From contig JBDTXI010000142.1 in NCBI GenBank assembly GCA_040006255.1, positions 1-54,030 of the forward strand: 54,030 nucleotides of DNA, in the 5' to 3' direction. The position numbers and the translations under genes are program-made. Source of the stretch: Sphingomicrobium sp. (GTDB taxonomy: Bacteria; Pseudomonadota; Alphaproteobacteria; Sphingomonadales; Sphingomonadaceae). Shown here piece by piece: positions 17,743-26,112 of this stretch. Position 1 is the stretch's first letter; each line of letters begins with the position of its first letter. Under the pieces are notes generated by a model. That model was not told where the DNA came from and did no database searches. It worked only from the letters and a program-made list of their open reading frames with translations.

Positions 17743-18830
17743 GCTTCCGCCCGGTGATAGCCGGTGCCGTCACTGTCGAACACGTGGGCCGCGGCTCCGT
17801 CGATTTTGAGCGGGACTTCGTCGCCGATCCTGGTGCCGCTATCTCCCTCGTCTTCGGCGGTGACCGGCTGCCCGTCGGCGAGGCGCGCATAGATCAAAGT
17901 GCGCTCGCCGAGCCGCTCGACCAGCTCGACCTTGGCCATCGAGGCTGCCTTGCCGCGTTTCCCCACGCGCACCGCCTCGGGACGCAGACCGAGCTTCAGA
18001 TTGGCCCATTGCGGCAGTGCATTACGCGGGACTCGGGTTTCGACGATTGTGCCGTCGCCAAGCTTGAGGGTGGCAAATTCGGCGGTGTCCACAAGTTGCG
18101 CATGGGCCAGGGTCATCGCCGGCGATCCGACGAATTGCGCGACGAAGACGTTCGCCGGCCGCGTGTAGATTTCCATCGGGTGCCCGACTTGCTGAATCCG
18201 GCGGTCGTTCATCACCACGATGCGGTCGGCGAGAGTCATCGCCTCGGCCTGATCGTGCGTGACCATGATCACCGCGGCATCGACTTTCTGCTTCAATTGC
18301 GCGAGCTCGACCCGCGTGCGCAGCCGCAGCGCGGCGTCGAGATTCGACAGCGGTTCGTCGAGCAGGAACAGCTTGGGCTCCTTGACCAGGGCGCGGCCGA
18401 TGGCGACGCGCTGCTGCTGCCCGCCGGAAAGCTGGGCCGGCTTGCGCTCGAGCAGCGGCTCGATTTCGAGCACCCGCGCGGCATCGCCGATACGGCGCTC
18501 GATATCGTTCTTGGCGACGCGCGCGTTGCGCAGCCCGAAGGCCATGTTCTCGCGCACGCTCATGTGCGGATAGAGCGCGTAATGCTGGAATACCATTGCC
18601 ACTCCGCGCTCGCCCGGCGGCAGCTGGTCGATACGCCGGCCCTCGAGCCAGACTTCGCCGGAATCGGCGCTCTCGAGCCCGGCGATGATGCGCAGCAAAG
18701 TCGATTTCCCCGATCCGGAAGGGCCGAGGAACGCGATGAACTCGCGCGCTTCCACGGCGAGGCTGACATCGTCAAGCACCGGCGTCGCGCCAAAGCTCTT
18801 TCGTACGCCGTTCAGTTGCAGGCTCGCCAC
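17739..18830 (-). CDS. Sugar ABC ATP-binding protein (MalK/UgpC-like)
   Basis: [29 protein letters not shown]-terminal TOBE-like region. Confidence 0.95.
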   Translation of the reverse strand: MASLQLNGVRKSFGATPVLDDVSLAVEAREFIAFLGPSGSGKSTLLRIIAGLESADSGEVWLEGRRIDQLPPGERGVAMVFQHYALYPHMSVRENMAFGLRNARVAKNDIERRIGDAARVLEIEPLLERKPAQLSGGQQQRVAIGRALVKEPKLFLLDEPLSNLDAALRLRTRVELAQLKQKVDAAVIMVTHDQAEAMTLADRIVVMNDRRIQQVGHPMEIYTRPANVFVAQFVGSPAMTLAHAQLVDTAEFATLKLGDGTIVETRVPRNALPQWANLKLGLRPEAVRVGKRGKAASMAKVELVERLGERTLIYARLADGQPVTAEDEGDSGTRIGDEVPLKIDGAAAHVFDSDGTGYHRAEA

Positions 18831-19149
18831 GCGTCACTCCACTATTGGGCGCGAGACTTTACAGGAGCCCGTGCCCACCGCAACGGCGCACTGTCGTGCA
18901 GGGCATTGTTCAGAGCAAATGCACGACCGTGTAAGGATGTGAGGGTAGGAGCGCTGCTATGCCCCGTTCTCGCGTACCCACCAGTCCGTCGCGTTACTTC
19001 AACGGTAAACCCGAGGTGACGTTAGCGCTTGTTACCCGTCTCCGTCCCCCCGCCATCGGCGGCGACTCGCAGCCCGCAGGATGCCCGCTAGCCGGGTTGA
19101 GCGGTCGGTTCATGGATCGCCCCTAGCTAAGAGCAGCGATCAAACGGCT

Positions 19150-19179
19150 GATGGCAGCTTTCCAGCCATTGCGGACATT
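19150..19179 (+). repeat. 30-bp site, copy 4
   Basis: GATGGCAGCTTT-CCAGCC-ATTGCGGACATT. Confidence 0.8.
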
Positions 19180-19261
19180 AACATCCTGGCGGTTTCTTTG
19201 CAGGGCGGCCGCGGTGCAAGTGCGCTATCCAACATCCGGACGTTAGCTTATCCGCTAGCCT

Positions 19262-19567
19262 TTGCGTCGCGTTGTTGACGGCTATCGCAAAGGGGCACAT
19301 TCTGATTGCCCGCGGCGGGTTGCGGCCCGCCGTCCAAAGCCGGAGGGCCCGCCGCCATTGGGGTTTCTGTTTGGAGCTTGGGCGACTTTCTCACCCGCGT
19401 TCACCTTCGATGACTTTGATGACCATGGGAATCCGACGAAAGTTGGCGCCTATGCGGACAGAGAGCCGTTCACCCTTTACATGAAGGCCGGAACTGATGG
19501 TCCTACCATCCAGATGTTCATAGGGAGCTACGGGTTCCAAGACGTCACCCTGGGAGAGCGTTGCTAG
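19262..19567 (+). pseudogene. Degenerate hypothetical gene between sites 4 and 5
   Basis: 3' half is protein-like (AFTFDDFDDHGNPTKVGAYADREPFTLYMK...); a signal-like N-terminus lies in another frame; the TAG overlaps site 5. Confidence 0.4.
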
Positions 19568-19595
19568 CGGCAGCTTTCGACCCAAAGTAGACACT
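19566..19595 (+). repeat. 30-bp site, copy 5
   Basis: AGCGGCAGCTTT-CGACCC-AAAGTAGACACT, flanked by GCT/AGC. Confidence 0.85.
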
Positions 19596-19641
19596 AGCTT
19601 TCGCCGGACGATGACCTAGGCTGTCGCGGGGGGCCTGGAGG

Positions 19642-19812
19642 GTGAAGAGTGCGCTCGGTCTACATCTACTGGCGATGACGGTGGCCTGTATCGGCTTGGC
19701 CGCATACCTGCTGACAAGACATTTCGGGTCGTTCCTGTATTTCGTCAGCGTGTTTGCGGCAATCGGCTTCGGGGGCAGAGCCTTTCACACGTGGTTGCGC
19801 ATTCGTGCCTAG
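19642..19812 (+). CDS. 56-aa two-TM membrane protein (absent from the ORF track)
   Basis: Manual translation MKSALGLHLLAMTVACIGLAAYLLTRHFGSFLYFVSVFAAIGFGGRAFHTWLRIRA*; stop 10 bp before site 6. Confidence 0.6.
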   Translation: MKSALGLHLLAMTVACIGLAAYLLTRHFGSFLYFVSVFAAIGFGGRAFHTWLRIRA

Positions 19813-20078
19813 CTGCGACCTAAATGTCTGCTTTCCACCCATTGCGGACACTTGCGCGAAGGTGGCCCCTGGGGCACACCCTTTTCGTCGCTAGTCAGAC
19901 TTTTGCGATATTCACGCAGCAGGAACACCGCGTAGGCGATCGTGACGGCGCCCGCGATCCCAAGGATCAGGCTCAGCCAGAAATTTCGCACGATGATCGC
20001 GACGATGAACAGTGCGAAGGCAACGATAACGGCGACAGCGACAGCGACATTGGAACGGGGAACCGGTTTGCGGGTCAT
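19809..20078 (-). CDS. Small two-TM membrane protein; C-terminus reads through site 6
   Basis: VAVAVAVIVAFALFIVAIIV-RNFW-LSLILGIAGAVTIAYAVFLL. Confidence 0.6.
   Translation of the reverse strand: MTRKPVPRSNVAVAVAVIVAFALFIVAIIVRNFWLSLILGIAGAVTIAYAVFLLREYRKSLTSDEKGVPQGPPSRKCPQWVESRHLGRS
19823..19852 (+). repeat. 30-bp site, copy 6
   Basis: AATGTCTGCTTT-CCACCC-ATTGCGGACACT. Confidence 0.9.
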
Positions 20079-20193
20079 GAAGGGGCTTGTCGACCCGATC
20101 AGCCTTAGCCGCAAGCAGGAGCGCCGTCTTGTTCGAAGGTCGTGGCTGTCGAGTCAGCTCATCCCTCGTCCACCAAGCGCAGACATTAAAGTT

Positions 20194-20223
20194 TACGTCC
20201 GCTTTCGACCCATTGCGGACATA
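20194..20223 (+). repeat. 30-bp site, copy 7 (preceded by a partial site at ~20170-20188)
   Basis: TACGTCCGCTTT-CGACCC-ATTGCGGACATA. Confidence 0.9.
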
Positions 20224-20226
20224 ACC

Positions 20227-22197
20227 TTAGCTTTGCAACTTGGGGCATACTGGTTCGGGCCGGCTGCGACAGAAGTCGGGCAGCTTCCCGCCGCGCCAGT
20301 ATGACAAGAGACCAACGCGCTGCGCCAATGCCGCATATCGCGGGTCGAGCCGAAGCTGGCCAGCCGCCCGCGACGTGATGAAGTTGAGCGGCGTGGAGTC
20401 GGGGTCATCAAGCCAACGCAGCTCTTCCTCAGACGCCGTTGCTGCTATGCGGGCGGGATAGATCTGGTCGGCAACCGCATAGGCCCGGTCGAGGTCGCCA
20501 AGCTGGGCGAAGGCGAGCATGCACTCTTCCTTTTGGAGCCACCCCGCCTTTTCGCTTTCGCAGCTGCGATTGAGCTCACTTAGGGACTTAGCCCTCACGG
20601 CCTGGGCAACGGTGGCGATCCCCGCATAATCCGAAAAGTCCTTTGGTCCGAGCTGATCGCGCAGCTGCATGATCGCTTTGAAATCCCCGCGTTCGACCAG
20701 CCCCCACACGCGTGAGAAAAGCAGTCCTGAGTCTGGCCACCAGCCGATCGCGCGTTGGTACAGCCGGTCCGCCTCGGTATCTTTTCCTGTGACCGTCAGC
20801 ATACGAATCATAAAGCCAATTTTCTCAGGCATATAGGGATCGTGCACATAGGATTGGCGCGCCATCTCGAAGGATTCACCGGTCCGGCCGCCATTATCCA
20901 GCAGCCGCGCGAGGAATGCATTGGCGAAGGGCGCGTCCGGGTCTGTGCGCATACCCGCGCGAAGGCGATCTTCGCACTGGGCGATGCGGACTTCGGGCTG
21001 AAGGATGCACGAAGGGATGTAGGTGTCCCCGAACTCGGGCATCAGCGCTTGGGCGCGCTCGGCCGCCTGGCGGGCGGCGGCAACTGCCGCGGGGCGCTCG
21101 GCACGGGGAATCTCGCCAAGCGCGAAGGCGGTGTAAAAGGCCACCCCGAGCTGCGCCATTGCCGAGTTCGGCCATTTGGCGAGCAGGCCCTTGGAAAGTT
21201 GATAGGACTGGAGGGGATCGCCCGTGAGATCCATCTGCCGCATCAGGTCCGCGATAAGATTCGGATCCGCGACTTGCCCGCGGTCGAGGGTGCGCAGCGC
21301 TCCCGCCCAGCCAAGCGTGCCAGCGACCTGAGCGCCGATCTGGTCGGGCAGGTCAGAAACCTTCTTGCCCTCCGCCTCGAACCTTCTCGACCAGACGGTG
21401 ACATGCTGTCGCGCTTCTTCCAGCCTGACAGTCGCGACCACCTTGCCGCCGCTGCCGCCAAGCTCGCCGAACAACAGGTAATCTGCCGTAGGCGAGCTGT
21501 CGGGCGTGACGGACTCGACCAGCCGGACCGGAATCCCGCTGTCCGACAAGTCATGCGCGGTGGAATCGCGGGCCTGCGACGCCAGGCTTTTCAGCGCCGG
21601 GTCCGGCGATGTCGCCGTGAAGGGCATGATGGCCAGCGTCGGCCGCGACGTTCCCCTGCTGCGGGCTTCGCGGGACTTCAAAAAATAGGCCGCGCCGGCA
21701 ACGACGAGCAACAGGAGCGCCGCCCCGATTACCCAGACCGGCCGTCCAAGCGGCCACGCGAAACCACGCTGGCGCGGCGGCGGCGGAGCATCCGCGATCG
21801 CCGCCTTCCCCTGCAGACGGCGCTCGACCGAGCGGACGAGTTCGCGGGTGCGTTCATCGCCGCCCGCGCCCTTCCAGCCCGCCAGGTCTAGCGTGTGGAA
21901 TTGACGAAAGCCCATGGGGGGCCGGGCACCGTCGATCGTTACCGGCACGAGCCTGCCGCGGTCGCCGCCCGATGCTGCTTCATCGCGGACCCAGCGCGAC
22001 GTGATCGAACGTGCCGACCAGGCGACGACCACGACATCGGCGTTGTCGAGCGCGGCCTCGATTTCCGTCGAGAACTCTTCCCCGCCGTCGATACGCCGGT
22101 CCCACCAGACTTCGTGACCGTTCTTTTCGAGGACGCAGGCCAGCCGCTCCGCAAAGGGGCGGTCTTCGCGTGCGTAGCTAAGGAAGATGCGCCCCAT
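20227..22197 (-). CDS. TIR-domain protein with TM helix, TolB_N-like and TPR-like regions
   Basis: IFLSYAREDR...VWWDRRI.GG.F..EI...VVVAWS..S..SRWVRDEA; TM WVIGAALLLLVVAGAAYFL; TLAIMPF; helical repeats. Confidence 0.88.
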   Translation of the reverse strand: MGRIFLSYAREDRPFAERLACVLEKNGHEVWWDRRIDGGEEFSTEIEAALDNADVVVVAWSARSITSRWVRDEAASGGDRGRLVPVTIDGARPPMGFRQFHTLDLAGWKGAGGDERTRELVRSVERRLQGKAAIADAPPPPRQRGFAWPLGRPVWVIGAALLLLVVAGAAYFLKSREARSRGTSRPTLAIMPFTATSPDPALKSLASQARDSTAHDLSDSGIPVRLVESVTPDSSPTADYLLFGELGGSGGKVVATVRLEEARQHVTVWSRRFEAEGKKVSDLPDQIGAQVAGTLGWAGALRTLDRGQVADPNLIADLMRQMDLTGDPLQSYQLSKGLLAKWPNSAMAQLGVAFYTAFALGEIPRAERPAAVAAARQAAERAQALMPEFGDTYIPSCILQPEVRIAQCEDRLRAGMRTDPDAPFANAFLARLLDNGGRTGESFEMARQSYVHDPYMPEKIGFMIRMLTVTGKDTEADRLYQRAIGWWPDSGLLFSRVWGLVERGDFKAIMQLRDQLGPKDFSDYAGIATVAQAVRAKSLSELNRSCESEKAGWLQKEECMLAFAQLGDLDRAYAVADQIYPARIAATASEEELRWLDDPDSTPLNFITSRAAGQLRLDPRYAALAQRVGLLSYWRGGKLPDFCRSRPEPVCPKLQS

Positions 22198-22406
22198 TGA
22201 ACCCCGTCGGTGGAAGGCTGGGCGTGGGTCAGGCGTGAGTCAATGCAAGCTTCCCGCTCTAGTTGCGCGTCAGAGAAAACTTGGATCTGCTGCCAGCTTG
22301 GGGCTCCTACGAAGGTGCGGCCGGAAGGAGTCTCGCGACATAGCTGCGAACCGGGCCCCAGGGCATCGCGCCGGTTGTCCAAGCCAGGCGCTAATGGCAG
22401 TGTTCT

Positions 22407-22436
22407 AGTGCCCGCTTTCCACCCAAAGCAGACATT
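22407..22436 (+). repeat. 30-bp site, copy 8 (preceded by an isolated left arm at 22388-22400)
   Basis: AGTGCCCGCTTT-CCACCC-AAAGCAGACATT. Confidence 0.88.
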
Positions 22437-22443
22437 CGGCGCC

Positions 22444-22941
22444 CTATCTGACTGATGGTAGAAATAGCGCACTCAGAAAGAGCAGGGTGGCTACCAGCAG
22501 AACAACCAGGCTGACTATCAGCACCAAGAGAGCGCTATCGTCGGTTTCGGTTTCATATCGGCCGCCACTTTCCAAGAGATCCCTTGGCGGCGACAGGTCG
22601 CCGTCTCCCTCGATCGTGCGCTCACTCGGTGCGCGCAACAGCGTCGCGCTCACAAGTTTCTTTGTCAATGGAAACGGGAACTCACATCCAAAGAGATCCC
22701 CGCGTCGCCACACCACGACCGCGGCCCGAATTCCGGCTTCAGGAAGCTCGACATACAAGCGATCCCCGAGCGCTAGATCAACCGCCGTCTCGACGAGGAG
22801 GCCGTATTCCGAAAGGTCGCGGATGACGGCTTCGAACGCGCCATACCCCAATTGGCTATCTACACTGAGCTGGAGTGTTCGACGAACCGCACCGCGCCGG
22901 TCGGCACTCTGGGTCTCTCGTATCTCGGCCGGTAACGCCAC
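22444..22941 (-). CDS. PilZ-domain protein with C-terminal TM helix
   Basis: RRGAVR (RxxxR), DLSEYG (DxSxxG), AVVVW....FGCEF. Confidence 0.85.
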   Translation of the reverse strand: MALPAEIRETQSADRRGAVRRTLQLSVDSQLGYGAFEAVIRDLSEYGLLVETAVDLALGDRLYVELPEAGIRAAVVVWRRGDLFGCEFPFPLTKKLVSATLLRAPSERTIEGDGDLSPPRDLLESGGRYETETDDSALLVLIVSLVVLLVATLLFLSALFLPSVR

Positions 22942-22974
22942 AACATCGTCCCTCAGGGACGCAGTGCGCTTTTT

Positions 22975-22995
22975 ATGGTTAAAATTTCATTATGG
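22975..22995 (-). promoter_or_regulatory. CtrA-like box upstream of the PilZ gene
   Basis: Minus strand ATAA-N7-TTAACCAT, one mismatch from TTAA-N7-TTAAC. Confidence 0.4.
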
Positions 22996-23076
22996 TCAGA
23001 CGTTTAATACCGCTCGCGTCAGGAATCTTCTGGGATGCGCCGCAGCTACGGTGAGCGCTGTTCCTGCTAGTAGCCT

Positions 23077-23105
23077 AACGTCCGCTTTCCACCCAAACGG
23101 ACATT
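23077..23105 (+). repeat. 30-bp site, copy 9 (1-bp deletion), 3 bp from the recombinase stop codon
   Basis: AACGTCCGCTTT-CCACCC-AAACGGACATT. Confidence 0.88.
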
Positions 23106-23108
23106 AGC

Positions 23109-23207
23109 TCACAATTCGAGGGCCTCTGAGAGCTCCAAAGCGTCATCAACTTCAACTCCCAGGTATCTGACGGTGCTTTCCAGCTTCGTGTGCCCCAGCA
23201 AGAGCTG
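23109..23207 (-). pseudogene. C-terminal remnant of a tyrosine recombinase/integrase
   Basis: QLLLGHTKLESTVRYLGVEVDDALELSEALEL*: box II LGH...Y with the catalytic Tyr; the upstream part is replaced by the 90-bp repeat. Confidence 0.88.
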
Positions 23208-23211
23208 CTTG

Positions 23212-23335
23212 CGCATGTTGCACTGCAACATCTCAAAAATGCACCGCACTCCGGACGGGAAGATTTCCCATCGCAGCCGCTTCCCCAAGCCGCTGCATTG
23301 CGCGCGTTGCACTGCAATTTTTCAAAGTGCAACGC
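23212..23335 (+). repeat. ~90-bp repeat family, copy A (~1.4 units, 89-bp period)
   Basis: TGTTGCACTGCAACATCTCAAAAATGCACCGCACTCCGGACGGGAAGATTTCCCATCGCAGCCGCTTCCCCAAGCCGCTGCATTGCGCGC, then a partial repeat. Confidence 0.9.
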
Positions 23336-23351
23336 GGATGCGCGCGCCCTC

Positions 23352-24944
23352 CTACTGGTGCGTGGAAGCCTCCACAGGCGTGAACAGCAGGTCCTGATAA
23401 TCCCAACTGAAGTCGGCAGTCGGCGAGACAGCGCTCATCGTCACGCGATCGACCGTGCCGTCCGCGCCAATCGAGAAAGTCACGTACGCCGGCTCGACCC
23501 AGTCGAGCTTAGGGTTCGTCTTGAACGTATCGTATTGATAGTGCGTCAGCGGCCCTTCCATTCCACTTGAATGCGGAAAATCGATGGTGAGGCCCTTGCC
23601 CGAGCGACGGACCTTGATCGTCCCGTACCAGGGGTCGGCGTAGTCGCCCGCATAGCGGTCCAGCGGAAGAGACGGCCCGATGGCTGGCGGTTTTGCCGTC
23701 GCCGTTTTCAACTGCTGGGCGGCCTTGTCGAGCCTGCCGATCTTGAACTGGTGAAACCTCTCCGGCCATTGGTTCCGAGGCGCGCCGAGATAGTGGTCAA
23801 GCAATTCGTCGCGCAGGCCGAGGATGATCTCGCCGTCCTCGCTATTCGCGGCGACGAAGATGCCGACATTCTTCCCGGGCAAAAGCGCGATCGTCGCCTG
23901 TGAGCCGAGGACCGCGCCGTCGTGCCCGACGACCTTCGCGCCGCGATAGTCCGAAACGTCCCATCCCAAAGCGTAGAGGTTGAAGTTCGGCTCGGTGGTC
24001 GCGAACTCGGCCGGGAAACGCCGAATGGGCGTGGGTACCACGCCGGTCCACATCTCGTTGGACTGCTGCTCGGTGAAGAGCCGCTTCTCGCCACCGGGGA
24101 TCTTGCCGCGACCCAGCTGTGTCAGCAGCCATCGGCCCATGTCGTTGGCGCTGATTGCAAGGCCGCCCGCCGGCGCAGCATTTTGGGCGATGGTCGCGTT
24201 TTCATTGAGGGGTGTTTGGGCGCCCAGACCGTGAATGGCGCCATTGTTGCGGCTGTGCTGACGAGCGTGGTTCGGACTGGCCTGAAACTCGGCGTCCGTG
24301 TCGGTGGAATGTTTCATGTCCAGCGGACCGAAGACATGGTCCTGGATGTACTTCTCCCAGCTCTCGCCGCTGACCACTTCGATCAACTGGCCGGCAGCCA
24401 TGTAGAGGATGTTGTCGTAGGCGTAGCCGCTGCGAAAGCTGGTCGCCGGCTTCAAATAGCGGATACGGCGCACCGTTTCCTTCCGTGATAGCGTGCTGTT
24501 GGGGAGGAAGAGGAGGTCGCCTTCGCCGAGACCGAGGCCACTACGGTGGACGAGCAGGTCGCGGATCGTCATCTCGCGCGTGACCCACGGGTCCCACATG
24601 CGAAAGTCGAGCATGTGGTCGATCACCTTGTCGTCCCAACTGATTTTGCCTGCGTCGACCAGCGTTGCGAGCGCCGCGTTGGTGAAAGCCTTGCCAGTCG
24701 AGCCGGTGAAGAAGATGGTGTCTGCATCCACCGGCTTGTTTGTGCCGATGTCGCGAACGCCCCAGCCGTGCGCGAGTGTGACTTTGCCATCCTCTACGAT
24801 GGTGATGGAAACGCCGGGCACGCCGAATTGCTTGCGGAGCTGCTCGACGCGCTGCTCGAAGCCGGCCGGCGGGGCCGCGCCGACCGAAGTTGCAAAGAAC
24901 GCTGAAGCGACGGCTCCGGCGCAAAGACGTGCGGCAAGCTTCAT
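23352..24944 (-). CDS. Secreted serine hydrolase (beta-lactamase/AmpC-fold) with DUF3471-like C-terminus
   Basis: Signal peptide; GSTGK (SxxK), YDN, GHDG; YAGDYADPWYG. Confidence 0.88.
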   Translation of the reverse strand: MKLAARLCAGAVASAFFATSVGAAPPAGFEQRVEQLRKQFGVPGVSITIVEDGKVTLAHGWGVRDIGTNKPVDADTIFFTGSTGKAFTNAALATLVDAGKISWDDKVIDHMLDFRMWDPWVTREMTIRDLLVHRSGLGLGEGDLLFLPNSTLSRKETVRRIRYLKPATSFRSGYAYDNILYMAAGQLIEVVSGESWEKYIQDHVFGPLDMKHSTDTDAEFQASPNHARQHSRNNGAIHGLGAQTPLNENATIAQNAAPAGGLAISANDMGRWLLTQLGRGKIPGGEKRLFTEQQSNEMWTGVVPTPIRRFPAEFATTEPNFNLYALGWDVSDYRGAKVVGHDGAVLGSQATIALLPGKNVGIFVAANSEDGEIILGLRDELLDHYLGAPRNQWPERFHQFKIGRLDKAAQQLKTATAKPPAIGPSLPLDRYAGDYADPWYGTIKVRRSGKGLTIDFPHSSGMEGPLTHYQYDTFKTNPKLDWVEPAYVTFSIGADGTVDRVTMSAVSPTADFSWDYQDLLFTPVEASTHQ

Positions 24945-24948
24945 GCGG

Positions 24949-26112
24949 TCACTCCTGGGGCTCGATTGTGCGGGAGAAAGGCAGCTCGCGCTCAGCCGCC
25001 GGGCGCTCCGCGCGCCACAGCTTCCAGACGCCGATGGTGAGCAGCGGCAGGATGTAGGTGGCGAGCAAGATGTAGGCGAGCGCTCGGTAACCGTTGGCGA
25101 TCAGCGCGACGAGACCGAAGCGGCTGGCGAGGAACATGCAGCCAACGAGAAGCACCAGCGCGATGCCAAGGCGCGCGCGGTGCGACAGCGTTCCGCCGGT
25201 GCGCGCTTTCCACGCCTGGTCGATCCGCTCGTTAATCGCATGCACCGAGCTTGTTCCGCTCTCGAGCAAGGCCGAAAAGATCATCGCCTGGAAGAGCAAG
25301 TGGAACACGGAAATGCCGATGCGCTGGAGCATGAAATCGGACGGCAAAGTGGCGCTCTGAACTTCGGGATAGAAGGCGACCATCGGAATGAAGAACAGCA
25401 AGGCCGGAAGCATTGTCAGCGGCCCCGCGATGACGCCCGACATGACCGCGTCGCGGTCGCTGGTGAGGTGCCGTAGCACGGGCAGGATCACGACTGCGCC
25501 GATGATATTGTAGCCGAAATAAGTGAGGCCGGAGAGCGCCCAGCCCGTGGTTTGCCGATGATCCGCGAAGCCGCCGGGAACGCGCCCACCAAACTTCCAC
25601 AGCGCCAGGACGACGAAGACGGCGTAGATGCCGTAAAGATAATAAGAGACGTCACGAAACAAGCGCTCGACCGCTTTGTTGCCGAAGGCAACGACGCCCG
25701 CGATCCCGGCCATGAGCGCGACCGTTCCAACCCATTCCGGCACGCCGAACACCGCCGCTCCGATCGCTCCCGCCGCCGCTCCGTAGACGGCAAGGATCAG
25801 CACAACGAAAAGGAGGTAGGCGAGCTCGAACAGCGGCCACGCCGGTCCGAGCAGCCGCTTGAAGAAACTGCGGTAATCGTAGGTGCCAAAGCGCCGAGCT
25901 ACGACGAAGGTCAGCGGACAGAAGATGCTGAAGAGCAGGGTCGCGAACAGGATCGCCAGAAGCCCGCCCCACGGACCTCGCGAGAGGAAGAATTCTGCTA
26001 GCTCGCGCCCGGTCGCATAACCGCCGCCGATCACGACCGCTTTGACTCCAAGGCCCGGAAGCAAGAAGCGCTTGAACCAGCTGTTGGGGTTGTCGCTCGC
26101 GCCGTCTTTCAT
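24949..26112 (-). CDS. YkvI-like membrane transporter
   Basis: VVIGGGYATGRELAEFF; about 10 TM segments. Confidence 0.82.
   Translation of the reverse strand: MKDGASDNPNSWFKRFLLPGLGVKAVVIGGGYATGRELAEFFLSRGPWGGLLAILFATLLFSIFCPLTFVVARRFGTYDYRSFFKRLLGPAWPLFELAYLLFVVLILAVYGAAAGAIGAAVFGVPEWVGTVALMAGIAGVVAFGNKAVERLFRDVSYYLYGIYAVFVVLALWKFGGRVPGGFADHRQTTGWALSGLTYFGYNIIGAVVILPVLRHLTSDRDAVMSGVIAGPLTMLPALLFFIPMVAFYPEVQSATLPSDFMLQRIGISVFHLLFQAMIFSALLESGTSSVHAINERIDQAWKARTGGTLSHRARLGIALVLLVGCMFLASRFGLVALIANGYRALAYILLATYILPLLTIGVWKLWRAERPAAERELPFSRTIEPQE

Noticed and set aside
19150-23105. 30-bp repeats as a CRISPR array
   Set aside because: Spacers are 0.2-2.2 kb and contain genes, the repeats are degenerate, and no cas genes are present
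23070-23108. Sites as classical integron attC (GCCTAAC at copy 9 matches RYYYAAC)
   Set aside because: About 30-40 bp is too short, there is no consistent GTTRRRY end or L boxes, gene orientation is mixed and no IntI is seen
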